Virus record (IMG/VR): IMGVR_UViG_3300042305_001773
Span: 124,001-188,000 of that record
DNA length: 64,000 bases
Reading direction: 5' to 3' (one strand)
A program made the translations under genes and the position numbers. The notes beneath the pieces are model-generated. The model made no database searches, had not been told where the DNA came from, and saw only the letters and a list, made by a program, of their open reading frames with translations. Position 1 is the first letter of the stretch. Every line of letters begins with the position of its first letter. This document shows positions 17,860 to 26,550 of the stretch, in pieces.

Positions 17860-18126
17860 CTATTCGCGCACGACGTGCACGTTGTACCAACGCATTTGAT
17901 TATTCAACCACCTAGCTTCGGCGTCGAGGGCTTCGGCGCGCGAGGTAAACCCTGTGAACAACGGACCACCGACGGGAGCCATATCAGCTATCCATTCGCC
18001 GGGTCTGCGTGCATCTGGTTCGACGTGGCTCGCTCGTTTGATGTCCAACGCGCCGAGCGCTTTCAAATCAATCTCTTCGCCGTAAAGGCATTGAGCCGCG
18101 CCGTTAGGTCGCACAAAAATTTGCAT
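17860..18126 (-). CDS. conserved protein of the DUF1257/AAA module
   Basis: CLYGEEIDL..LG...IKRASHVEPD...W.ADM.PVGGP. Confidence 0.7.
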   Translation of the reverse strand: MQIFVRPNGAAQCLYGEEIDLKALGALDIKRASHVEPDARRPGEWIADMAPVGGPLFTGFTSRAEALDAEARWLNNQMRWYNVHVVRE

Positions 18127-18133
18127 GGGCGCC

Positions 18134-19135
18134 TCACATCGAGATTAAACGGCGGGTTGGAATCAATTCGTTCATATTTACAGGCGGCCGCAGATTAGCC
18201 GCAGCGGTGGGCCTGTACAGGTTTTGCTGCCGCTGGTCGGAACGCGACACGTTAAACGCGTTAAACTGATCTATCCGATCAATAAACGTGTTTGCAAACA
18301 GCGCCTGATCGTGGGTGTCTACTCGCGTATAACGACCAACAGTCGAGTCGTGCTGCGGGCGGAAAATGATATGCCCGCCGGCAACGACCGAGTGGCCGCA
18401 AAACGCGATAAGCGCATTGATCTGGTCGGCGTTTGCGATGATTGCGTAATCAACAACTTTGAGTCGCGACATTTCAATCGTCGGGTCATCCTCGGCGCGC
18501 GAATAGATCGACACCTGCATCAGCTTGCTTCCAACTACCTGCGCTTTTCCGGCAACAGTTACAAAACCGCGCAATGACGAGCTGCTGACCTGTGCTTCGC
18601 CGCCGATGTACGACATGCCGTCTAGCGCTACTTGGATTGCTACTGCGCGGCCGGCAACGCCGCTGCTGCCGCGAATTGTACAGCTGATTACACGCGCGGC
18701 GTCACGCACAAACGCGTCATCGTACACGTTAGTAGAACCAGATACGGTGCCGCCATATGCGCGAGAGTTGCCCCACAGCTGGCTGTCTTCACCAACGTGC
18801 GCACGACCGCTCACAATAGCGTTATTTCGTACGCGCACATTATCGCGAACGACCGCGTTGCCGCACACGTGAGATCGGTCCATCACGCTGACTCGGCCCT
18901 CTACGGTGGCGTTGTGGTACACCTGCGCCCATTTAGTGACTAGTACAGAATCAGCCACTTTTGCTGTGTCGGCGACCCAGCCATTGCCGTTTACGTGGCG
19001 ATGCGCAAACACGCGTCCACGCCCGTCTTTGAAATCGTGTTTAGATGCTCGCTTTTTTCGGGGTTTTACTGCGGGCATCTCGACCGTCGGCGCTTCAAGT
19101 ACGCCGACGGCCCCGTTTTTCTGTTCCTCCATCAC
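18134..19135 (-). CDS. left-handed beta-helix (hexapeptide repeat) protein
   Basis: AHRHVNGNGWVADTAKV followed by hexapeptide repeats (V.GNA.V). Confidence 0.8.
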   Translation of the reverse strand: MMEEQKNGAVGVLEAPTVEMPAVKPRKKRASKHDFKDGRGRVFAHRHVNGNGWVADTAKVADSVLVTKWAQVYHNATVEGRVSVMDRSHVCGNAVVRDNVRVRNNAIVSGRAHVGEDSQLWGNSRAYGGTVSGSTNVYDDAFVRDAARVISCTIRGSSGVAGRAVAIQVALDGMSYIGGEAQVSSSSLRGFVTVAGKAQVVGSKLMQVSIYSRAEDDPTIEMSRLKVVDYAIIANADQINALIAFCGHSVVAGGHIIFRPQHDSTVGRYTRVDTHDQALFANTFIDRIDQFNAFNVSRSDQRQQNLYRPTAAANLRPPVNMNELIPTRRLISM

Positions 19136-20079
19136 GACTCCATGGGAAGTACACGACGCCGCGGGGCGTTCGTGATCAGGTTGTCCAGCGCGGTCTTGAC
19201 TTCGCCCATCTGCTGGGTCAAGTTCTGCCGCAAGTTGGTGTTCTTGCGCAGATCTTTCACGTCGACACCCGAAACAATGTCAGTAGCGCGCTGAATTAAG
19301 TTATCCAGCTGCGCGTTTGAGCGAATATTCATTTGCCGGAAGTTGTCATAAAACTCTTTAAAGTTTTCGATTGCAGAGTTTTGAAACTTCTTTTTCGTGC
19401 CGTCCGGTTCGTCGGTTAGCCGCTCGATCAGGTGCGAGATCATGTCCTGTAGCTGCTCGGCAAACGCGTTTTCAGCCATGACTACCGCTGTCTCGAACCG
19501 ATGCTGCACGCGCTGCTGTTCCTGCTGATACAGCTCAGGATTGAACGTCATCAGATAGTTCGGCGGATCGACCGGCGGGTACTCCCACCGAAGATCAAAC
19601 ACGCCTTCTAGCGACGGCGGATAGTCGTTGGGGTTGTACAGATCGCCTAGCTTTTCGCGGGCGGCGACTTTGATCGCTTCGTATTCCAGCTGCAGGTTTG
19701 CGGCCGCCACCACAAGCTGCTCTTTGTATTCGCGCATCCGGGTTTCAAACGCGCCGATGTCAGCCTGCTTGATGAGGCGCACGCCTTCCTGCGGATATGG
19801 CAGCGTCATGGAGCGCCAGTACGCCGACGCCTGACTTTTGAGCGTTGTCAGTACACGATAAGTTGTATTCTTAGTATCAATCAGGCGCTTGGATGCCGTG
19901 ACCAGATCCGTGGCTGCGTGAAACGTATCCGCGGCTTGCTTGGTCTGCGCGTCCGAAAGCTTGCGCTGCGTTCCTAGCCACGAGAACGACAGCTTGACCG
20001 CACCCATCGTCTGACGCAGCTCGCTTGCAGTCTGCTCGACTGTTGTGTTTTCTTCGGGCGTTGTGTCGGCTGTAGACAT
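19132..20079 (-). CDS. DUF3150-like helical protein
   Basis: AVKLSFSWLG...ASKRL...TLPYPQEGVRLI...LGDLYNPNDYP. Confidence 0.6.
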   Translation of the reverse strand: MSTADTTPEENTTVEQTASELRQTMGAVKLSFSWLGTQRKLSDAQTKQAADTFHAATDLVTASKRLIDTKNTTYRVLTTLKSQASAYWRSMTLPYPQEGVRLIKQADIGAFETRMREYKEQLVVAAANLQLEYEAIKVAAREKLGDLYNPNDYPPSLEGVFDLRWEYPPVDPPNYLMTFNPELYQQEQQRVQHRFETAVVMAENAFAEQLQDMISHLIERLTDEPDGTKKKFQNSAIENFKEFYDNFRQMNIRSNAQLDNLIQRATDIVSGVDVKDLRKNTNLRQNLTQQMGEVKTALDNLITNAPRRRVLPMES

Positions 20080-20679
20080 TCAGTCTCCTTCTTCGTCTGT
20101 GTCAAGTTCTTCTTCAATTGTTTGCTCCACCCATTCGTCTATCGCAAACGCCTTGACGAGATCGCGCGGTAATTTCGCTAGATCTTCAAAGTCGCTTGGG
20201 ATGTTGAAATCTGTAAGCTTTCCGTCGCGGTACACACCACAGAACCCTACGCCCGGCTCGAAGCAGTAGGCTGTGATATCAAAACCCTCAACGGTCCGCA
20301 GGTGGTCAAAGAATTGAATTGGGGGCGACCACGCGGAATCAAACGTTAGCGTCAGCTGCGTAGCTTTTGCCGGAAGTCGGCGGGGCGACTGATCTGTCTC
20401 GCGCCCTACGTCCCACTTTGTCCCCCAATGACCGACCTGCCAGTCGTACCAGTTTCTCGCTCCGTACAACTCGATGTTTTGCCGTTCTTGCGCCTCTAAA
20501 GCCAGTTGTGCGTCAGACCCGGTAGGGCCAGCACAACCGGCGATAGTCGCTTTTAATTCGGCTGGGCACGGCAGAAATGTACCCATCAGACAACCACTGT
20601 TCCATGCGCGCACCAACTTGTGCAACTGCTCCGGGTCGTTGTGTTTAAACGTAACTCTGTTGGCGCACCAGTTAGGCAT
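20080..20679 (-). CDS. DUF1281/YubB (Api92-like) ferredoxin-like protein
   Basis: MPNWCAN...WYDW..HWGTKWD...FDSAWSPP...EPG.GFCG. Confidence 0.8.
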   Translation of the reverse strand: MPNWCANRVTFKHNDPEQLHKLVRAWNSGCLMGTFLPCPAELKATIAGCAGPTGSDAQLALEAQERQNIELYGARNWYDWQVGHWGTKWDVGRETDQSPRRLPAKATQLTLTFDSAWSPPIQFFDHLRTVEGFDITAYCFEPGVGFCGVYRDGKLTDFNIPSDFEDLAKLPRDLVKAFAIDEWVEQTIEEELDTDEEGD

Positions 20680-20700
20680 AATGTTTGCCGGCAATCCGCA

Positions 20701-20726
20701 GCTGCGGGGCAGTTACGCCCCGCAGC
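20701..20726. other. 10-bp GC hairpin after the AAA gene
   Basis: GCTGCGGGGC-AGTTAC-GCCCCGCAGC. Confidence 0.6.
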
Positions 20727-20743
20727 CGCAGTATTGCTAGCAC

Positions 20744-22228
20744 TTAGCCTTTCGCCGGCGCCGCGACACGGCGCGGGCGCTGCGTTGTAACCGCCGGCTT
20801 ACCAACACGCGTGTAAATACCGCGGTTGTCAGCCGACAGGCAGCGACCTTCAGCCCAGCCGCGCAGACGCTCAATCTGCTCGGCCGACGTCACCGAAATC
20901 GGTACCACGTTCTGTGCCGCTTCAACAAGCGGGATATCGAGCAGCGCCGCGAGCCTGCAGCACGACTTGATCTCGGCGCCGGTCCAGTTGGCGTCATCCG
21001 GCTTTTCCTGCGACTCGTCTACGCCGAAGTGCTTCAGGTAGATATCCCAGATCGCCGCGCGCTGATCGGCGCCGGGCAGATCCACAAAGAAGATACCGTC
21101 GAAGCGCTCGGCGCGGGCAAACGGCGCCGGCAGCTGGCTGGCGTCGTTGCAGGTGCCGATGAAGAACACATCGGACGTGTGGTCGTTGAGCCACGTCAGC
21201 AGCGTGCCGAAAAGACGCGCCGAGACGCCCGAGTCTGTCTGGCCGGAGCTTCCGACGCCGGCAAGACCCTTCTCGATCTCGTCGACGAACAGAACGCACG
21301 GGGCCATGGCGTCGACCTGCTTGAGTGCACGCCGCATATTACCCTCGGACTCGCCCACGAACTTACCCATGAGCGAACCGAAATCCAGCATTACGGTCGG
21401 ACGGCCGACCTCGTTGCCAAGTGCTTTGGCAAACTGCGACTTGCCGCAGCCCGGAGGCGACAGCAGTAGCACGCCCTTGGGGCGCTTTTCTACGTTGGTC
21501 TCACCCTGTCGTCGCATAGCGCGCAGGCAGAAACTCTTAAGGTTTTCGAGACCGCCAAGGTTCTCGAAGTTCGCGTCGCCACGATACAGCGTCATCGTTC
21601 CGCTCTTTTCGAGCGTCTGTGCCTTGATGCCCCAGATCGTATCCGGCGACAGCTTGTTATTGCGCACCAGCGACAGCGCGAACGCGTTCTCGGCCTCCTG
21701 CCGCGTCAGGCCGCGTGAGGCGTCGACGACAGCAGCTACGTCCTGCTCGGCCGGCTTGGCGAACGGAGAGCCGTCCGGGAACAGCTCGTTGCAGACCGTG
21801 GTCAGCTGCGGGAGATCCGGCAGCTCGTGATGCACTACCGTGAACAGCTTCTCAACCTCGGGCTGCAGCTGCAGCACCGGCGCCACGATAATGATATGTT
21901 TGCCCTCGCCCTTGCCCTGCACCACACGATTGGCCAGAGCCTGCAGCACCTCGGGGTTACCAAGGAAGCGATGAAAATTCTTCAGGACGAGCAGCATCGG
22001 CTGCTTGGGCTGCGGCTGGTCGAGAAACCGCAACGCCTGAAGCGGGCCGGGAGCCGGGGCGGCACCCGAATACAGCTGGCGGTCGATGTCCCACACATCA
22101 AAACCCCAGTCCTTTTCTTCAGTTACGCGGCGAATCGACGCAATTGCGTCATCGCACTCCTGTGATTCAACCCAGATGCCGGAGAAGCCGGCGCAAACCA
22201 GCTCCTTGATTTCTTTTTCGAGCGACAC
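20744..22228 (-). CDS. AAA+ ATPase (Ycf46-like)
   Basis: Walker A PPGCGKS, Walker B VLFVDEIEK, pore loop KFVGESE, arginine finger RAERFD; degenerate N-terminal AAA. Confidence 0.92.
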   Translation of the reverse strand: MSLEKEIKELVCAGFSGIWVESQECDDAIASIRRVTEEKDWGFDVWDIDRQLYSGAAPAPGPLQALRFLDQPQPKQPMLLVLKNFHRFLGNPEVLQALANRVVQGKGEGKHIIIVAPVLQLQPEVEKLFTVVHHELPDLPQLTTVCNELFPDGSPFAKPAEQDVAAVVDASRGLTRQEAENAFALSLVRNNKLSPDTIWGIKAQTLEKSGTMTLYRGDANFENLGGLENLKSFCLRAMRRQGETNVEKRPKGVLLLSPPGCGKSQFAKALGNEVGRPTVMLDFGSLMGKFVGESEGNMRRALKQVDAMAPCVLFVDEIEKGLAGVGSSGQTDSGVSARLFGTLLTWLNDHTSDVFFIGTCNDASQLPAPFARAERFDGIFFVDLPGADQRAAIWDIYLKHFGVDESQEKPDDANWTGAEIKSCCRLAALLDIPLVEAAQNVVPISVTSAEQIERLRGWAEGRCLSADNRGIYTRVGKPAVTTQRPRRVAAPAKG

Positions 22229-22267
22229 GTGTGACCTTTGGTTTGGTTTGGAAAAGACCCGCTATTG

Positions 22268-22459
22268 TCAGTTGCTTTCAGCGATCTGCTCGTCGTTGCT
22301 GGCGGCGTAGAACTCGCCCGTCAGCTGCTCGTCCACTTTTGCGCCCAGCGCTTGCTCAAGCGCGCGGGTTGCGTCCTGACAAGAGCTACCGGTAAAGCCG
22401 CTCGTTTCGATCTTGGTGCCGCCCTTGGGGTCGACAATGATTTCGATGGTCTTCGACAT
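22268..22459 (-). CDS. DUF2997-family protein
   Basis: IETSGFTGSSC..ATRALEQALG...T.EFY. Confidence 0.85.
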   Translation of the reverse strand: MSKTIEIIVDPKGGTKIETSGFTGSSCQDATRALEQALGAKVDEQLTGEFYAASNDEQIAESN

Positions 22460-22461
22460 GC

Positions 22462-22827
22462 TTAGAAACCTCCCGTCAGGCTGAGTTTGACCGAACCGTC
22501 CGGCAGCATTTCCTCGAACACCGAGTAGCCGCCCTTCTGCGCCTCATAGATCGCCTTTTCCACCGCGTACGCCTGCAGGAAATGATCCAGCTCTTCCTGC
22601 TTGCCCCACGCGCCGTTGTAGTTGTCGTACGCCGCGGCACCCGTCTCCGTGTTAAACACGGCCGGATACTGCCAGCCGGGAAGCTTTACAGCGAGGCCGT
22701 CCGCCGACTGCCCGGCAAACAGCACATGGTGCCCGGCTTTCGGGGCCTCAAGCCCGAGACGCTTGCAGGCCGCTTCAATCGCGGCGGCGTCCTTTACTTC
22801 CGTCTTGATCTGAACAATGTGAGACAT
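22462..22827 (-). CDS. DUF1257 (Ycf35-like) protein
   Basis: MSHIVQIKTEVKD...LPGWQYP...YDNYNG.WG...LQAYAVEKA. Confidence 0.85.
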   Translation of the reverse strand: MSHIVQIKTEVKDAAAIEAACKRLGLEAPKAGHHVLFAGQSADGLAVKLPGWQYPAVFNTETGAAAYDNYNGAWGKQEELDHFLQAYAVEKAIYEAQKGGYSVFEEMLPDGSVKLSLTGGF

Positions 22828-22851
22828 GTTTAGCCTCTTCTGTCCTTTGCT

Positions 22852-23151
22852 TTAAGGTAGTTCTTGAAGTGCACACACAATTGTGTTTTCAAATTGTTCC
22901 GGCGAGATGTAATCATTGCCGGCAAAATATTCCAATACAGCAACCGCGGTTTTGCGGTCATAAACCTGTTTAAATTCGCGAGGGCCGCGCGGCGTATCCA
23001 GACGATACTCAGTTATGTCGTGAAGTGTCACAACTTCTGGTATCGCCAGCACGTCTTTGTATTTCGTGCGTATCGCGTCTAACTCATCAAGCGCGGTCAG
23101 GATTCGCTCGCGATCGTTAGCATAAGAACTATCGTTCGCGTACGGTGTCAT
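22852..23151 (-). CDS. hypothetical protein
   Basis: Start MTPYAND overlapping the upstream stop. Confidence 0.55.
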   Translation of the reverse strand: MTPYANDSSYANDRERILTALDELDAIRTKYKDVLAIPEVVTLHDITEYRLDTPRGPREFKQVYDRKTAVAVLEYFAGNDYISPEQFENTIVCALQELP

Positions 23152-23456
23152 CTGTAGGCTACGACCTCGGCGCGGGTTTCCACCCAAACGTGCGCGCCAC
23201 AAGAAAGCGGCGAGTCGGGAGAATAGACAACCCGCGACTCGCCGCGCACGTCAACGGTTTTGGCCGCGTATGTTTTATTACGCCACTTAATAGTCAGCGG
23301 CGGTACGCGCAGGTTTTGATTTTTGTTGCTGCGAATAATGTGCTGGTTGACGTGTATGCGTTTAATTGTCCCAGCCGGCATTGTCATTTCATCAGCGTCC
23401 CCCGGGAAACGCAGCGGAATACGGGGCTCTAGCAGGCAGACGTCTTCTGTCGCCAT
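23148..23456 (-). CDS. conserved phage protein (IHVNQH.IR.N...PLSCGAHVW.ET family)
   Basis: Widespread phage motif. Confidence 0.75.
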   Translation of the reverse strand: MATEDVCLLEPRIPLRFPGDADEMTMPAGTIKRIHVNQHIIRSNKNQNLRVPPLTIKWRNKTYAAKTVDVRGESRVVYSPDSPLSCGAHVWVETRAEVVAYR

Positions 23457-23528
23457 TGTGACGTTATTTATTCCGCGTCGGCTTGGTCGTCCGTGACCGT
23501 CGCCGAACGCGGTTTAAATAGACAGGCG

Positions 23529-24410
23529 TCAGGTCGCCATCATCGAGCGGAGCTGCTTGTGCGCCGAAAGAATCTCGGCGGCCGTCGTGTAACAGCCGTC
23601 GCACGTCTCCAGAAACGCAGACGCGGCGTTCAGCTGCTCCATCGGCAGCGTCGTCGTGCCGCTCGGCGCTTTCGCGACCGGGCGCTTCGGCGCAGCCTTG
23701 GCGGGTTCTGCCGCCTTGGTTGCGTGCTTGCGTCGCGCGGCGTCACGGCTGCGCTCCTCGCCGGCGGCCACAGCCACCGCACCGCGCTTCGCCGGGGCAA
23801 CGCCCGCCTTCTTCAACAGCTGGCTCACCTGAGCCGGGCTGACCGTTACACGCTTCTTGGCGAGCGCGGCCACGATGTCAACACCGCGGAGCGAATCGCC
23901 AGACTCCTGCCGACGCTCGATCTCCTCGCGGATGTGATCGGCGCCGCTCTTCTTCTCGGCCATGTCCTTCACCTTCCCTTTTGGGGTCTTGGTCGCCTTG
24001 GGCGCCTCGACCGGGTCATCGTCTTCGTCGGTCTCCACAGTGGAGTCGACAGCTTCGTCAGAAACCTCGTCGCCTTCTTCTGGCGCGTACTCGGTCTCGT
24101 CGTCGTCTTCGTCGATCTCTTCGTCGGGCAGCTTGGCAGCCGTCTCACGAACGTCTGTGCTGCCTTCGTCTTCGTAGTCGGCGTCTGCTTCCGCGTACGC
24201 CGCTTCGTCATCGACCGTGTCTTCTTCAAGCTCGGCGTCAACATCTGCGTCAACGTCTTCGTCGTCGTAATCTTCTGGTGTCGCGAACCGCATCCGTGTG
24301 GTTCCTTTCTCCTTCTTCTTTTCTTTCTCTGCAGGCGCCTTGCTGGTTGCGCCCGGTAGTGGCTTCCCCCACAAATTTGCCGGACTCACAAACTCTTCAG
24401 CTTTGGCCAT
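23529..24410 (-). CDS. acidic low-complexity N-term plus basic HTH-like C-term (nucleoid-protein-like)
   Basis: D/E tract of ~100 aa, then SGADHIR...DIVAALAKKRVTVSPAQVSQ and a K/A/P-rich linker. Confidence 0.65.
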   Translation of the reverse strand: MAKAEEFVSPANLWGKPLPGATSKAPAEKEKKKEKGTTRMRFATPEDYDDEDVDADVDAELEEDTVDDEAAYAEADADYEDEGSTDVRETAAKLPDEEIDEDDDETEYAPEEGDEVSDEAVDSTVETDEDDDPVEAPKATKTPKGKVKDMAEKKSGADHIREEIERRQESGDSLRGVDIVAALAKKRVTVSPAQVSQLLKKAGVAPAKRGAVAVAAGEERSRDAARRKHATKAAEPAKAAPKRPVAKAPSGTTTLPMEQLNAASAFLETCDGCYTTAAEILSAHKQLRSMMAT

Positions 24411-24518
24411 AGCGTCCTCTCCTAAAGCGCCGCCGGCCGAAACGTTTCGGCCTCGTCGTGCGGCTAAATGAAAAATACACCGCCGGAAACAAAAAGCAAC
24501 TACCGTAGAAAACAGCGG

Positions 24519-24881
24519 TTATTTGCTGCTTCGGTAGTTGTCCGGCACGTTGCCGTCTTTGGTGCGAAGTACGCCGGCGTTTAGTTCTGGCCACTTTTCT
24601 AGCGAATGAATAGCGCCGATGACATTCCACGCCGCGTGCCCCAGATGGTCTTCGCTGCGGTCGCCGTTCAAAAAATTATAGATGTGCGCGATCGCGTGAT
24701 TCAGCAGGTCAGAGACGGGCATGCCGTTTTCCCAGTTGTATGGGCCAAATTTTTCAGCCCCTTCGTGGTAGGTCTGCGCGAGCGCCCGCAGACCGATCGG
24801 CGAAATTAGATCGTAACGCACGGCGTCACAATCAGCGCTGCGTACCGCGCCAGTGTCGTACTCGTGACGTTCGTTACTCAT
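24519..24881 (-). CDS. dATP/dGTP diphosphohydrolase-domain protein (DUF5664)
   Basis: TGAVR...RYDLISP...GAEKFG.YNW..G...EDHLGHAAWN. Confidence 0.85.
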   Translation of the reverse strand: MSNERHEYDTGAVRSADCDAVRYDLISPIGLRALAQTYHEGAEKFGPYNWENGMPVSDLLNHAIAHIYNFLNGDRSEDHLGHAAWNVIGAIHSLEKWPELNAGVLRTKDGNVPDNYRSSK

Positions 24882-25189
24882 TAGAGATAACCTTCTTGTC
24901 GGAAAGCAAAATAGAGCCGCGGGTTGTCGTTGAACGCGACTGTGCCTCGAACACCGTCGACTTTTCTAATTACGTGTACGTAAGGCGGTTCAAAGTGCGA
25001 CACCTCAAATGTGTCCAGTAATTGCTCGCTGCTCCAAACATGTTCGCCGTACTGCTCTTGCAATACTGTACGAATTTCGTCTAGCCCGCGGCGGTCAAGT
25101 TGTTCTTTGATAACATTACGCAACATCACGTGCCCGATGTCGAGCGGTATCTGCGTTGCCAGTTCTTTAACTTTGGGTGGTGTCGGCAT
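24881..25189 (-). CDS. conserved hypothetical protein (planctomycete mobile-element type)
   Basis: YG..VW...FEV..F.PPYV.V.RK.DG..G...F...PR.YF. Confidence 0.6.
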   Translation of the reverse strand: MPTPPKVKELATQIPLDIGHVMLRNVIKEQLDRRGLDEIRTVLQEQYGEHVWSSEQLLDTFEVSHFEPPYVHVIRKVDGVRGTVAFNDNPRLYFAFRQEGYL

Positions 25190-25565
25190 TTGATTGTGCA
25201 AGCTTGTCCAGTTCTTCTTTCTGTTGTTTGATTTGCTCTGCGACATGCGCCGCATACTGGTCAAGCATCCTAAGCTGGCCGACAAGATCTTTGTGCACGT
25301 CAACGCTAAACAACGAAAGCCGCCGCATCAGCATGAGTAGGCTTGCGGTAAAAGGCGGTTCTTTGCTGCGTAAACTCAGTAGGCCGGGCGGGGCGTTTTC
25401 GGGTTGCGAAGTCCACAGCGGGACAAGCGCAAGTCCGTGTAGTTCTGGAACAGCGGCCATTACTTCGTTACAAAACTCTTCGCCGCGCCGCATAAACTCG
25501 ACGTCAAACGGGAGGCGGTCAGATTGAATTTCAGGTTGCTGATCAGGTTGCTGCGGCGTATCCAT
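25167..25565 (-). CDS. hypothetical protein
   Basis: AAGGA RBS; coiled C-terminus. Confidence 0.6.
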   Translation of the reverse strand: MDTPQQPDQQPEIQSDRLPFDVEFMRRGEEFCNEVMAAVPELHGLALVPLWTSQPENAPPGLLSLRSKEPPFTASLLMLMRRLSLFSVDVHKDLVGQLRMLDQYAAHVAEQIKQQKEELDKLAQSNADTTQS

Positions 25566-25578
25566 TAAACATCCTTTG

Positions 25579-25926
25579 TTATTGTGCGTAGCGTGATTCT
25601 TTTGGAAGCACGCCGTCGATTACGTTACCCAGTCGTGTAGCGGCAAGGCTGTAGATCACCACCCTAACGGCAGTCTCGACCATACCGCCAATTCCTGTTC
25701 CTGCCAAGAGCAGCAGAAACAAGTACAGCGGCGCGTGATATGACTTGCAAAACGGGCAATTGATCAGCTCTAGCAGCTTGCCTTTTGCCGTGTTGTATGG
25801 TGTCACATCTTGAAGCGCCTGCGCGTAGGCTCGCGCTGTTTCAAACAGAGAACCTTTGTGCCACACCTCGATGATTGCGCCAGCAGCGAGTGTGACAGCC
25901 AAAAAGTCTAGAGCACTGATTGTCAT
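25579..25926 (-). CDS. DUF1360-like membrane protein (possible holin)
   Basis: TM helices plus ELINCPFCKSYH. Confidence 0.6.
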   Translation of the reverse strand: MTISALDFLAVTLAAGAIIEVWHKGSLFETARAYAQALQDVTPYNTAKGKLLELINCPFCKSYHAPLYLFLLLLAGTGIGGMVETAVRVVIYSLAATRLGNVIDGVLPKESRYAQ

Positions 25927-26105
25927 CGCCGTCTTCGTTTGTGTGTTGTTGATGTGGTGCCGCGTACAAAGCACGCGCCACTATAGATCGCCGCGCCCGC
26001 CACCACGAGCCCGGCAACGCCAATTTGCGGTATTGCGCAGATTCCGGCAAGAAGCATAAGCGCAGCGTAACCGGAAAACGTGGCGTGAGGATCTGGTTGT
26101 GACAT
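25923..26105 (-). CDS. small two-TM membrane protein
   Basis: Hydrophobic stretches with a basic tail. Confidence 0.5.
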   Translation of the reverse strand: MSQPDPHATFSGYAALMLLAGICAIPQIGVAGLVVAGAAIYSGACFVRGTTSTTHKRRRR

Positions 26106-26329
26106 TAGGGTGCCTGACTGTCGCCGTGCGGCCACACCTGTGTTCGAGTTGTGTCCGGCGCGGCTGGGTTAAATTGATATTGCGGTAGCGGCAACGGCGC
26201 CTCAAGTTTAAGATGGTTTACTGCGTTATCAGGGAAATAGAGTTGCGGGCCGGGGCCGCGACGCGTGCCCTCGACGTAGTGCTGTTTTCGTTCCTGATAC
26301 AATTTTGCGGAGCGTCCGACGTTTGCCAT
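26105..26329 (-). CDS. hypothetical protein
   Basis: GGAGG RBS before the ATG. Confidence 0.6.
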   Translation of the reverse strand: MANVGRSAKLYQERKQHYVEGTRRGPGPQLYFPDNAVNHLKLEAPLPLPQYQFNPAAPDTTRTQVWPHGDSQAP

Positions 26330-26550
26330 ATAACCTCCAGAAAGTACGTGGCCGGGTCACCGTTTAGTATACCCGGCCGCGCAGCTATCACTTGCGAGTC
26401 GTTTCTTTGGCGGCGGCCGCTGCAACCTGACACATGTAACCGAGTACATTTGCCAGTCCAGCAAGACCGTATATGAAAACATGCCCAGTGTATTTGAGGC
26501 TGTCTTCAACCCATTGAAATTCAGACTCGCTACCGTTGTTATTGTGGTTC

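Noticed and set aside
21147-21830. 227-aa plus-strand ORF
   Set aside because: Antisense to the well-supported AAA ATPase
23493-24359. 288-aa plus-strand ORF
   Set aside because: Antisense shadow of the acidic/nucleoid-like gene
24519-24881. 2-aminoadenine (Z-genome) pathway
   Set aside because: No PurZ or DatZ recognised in the window; this domain often occurs alone
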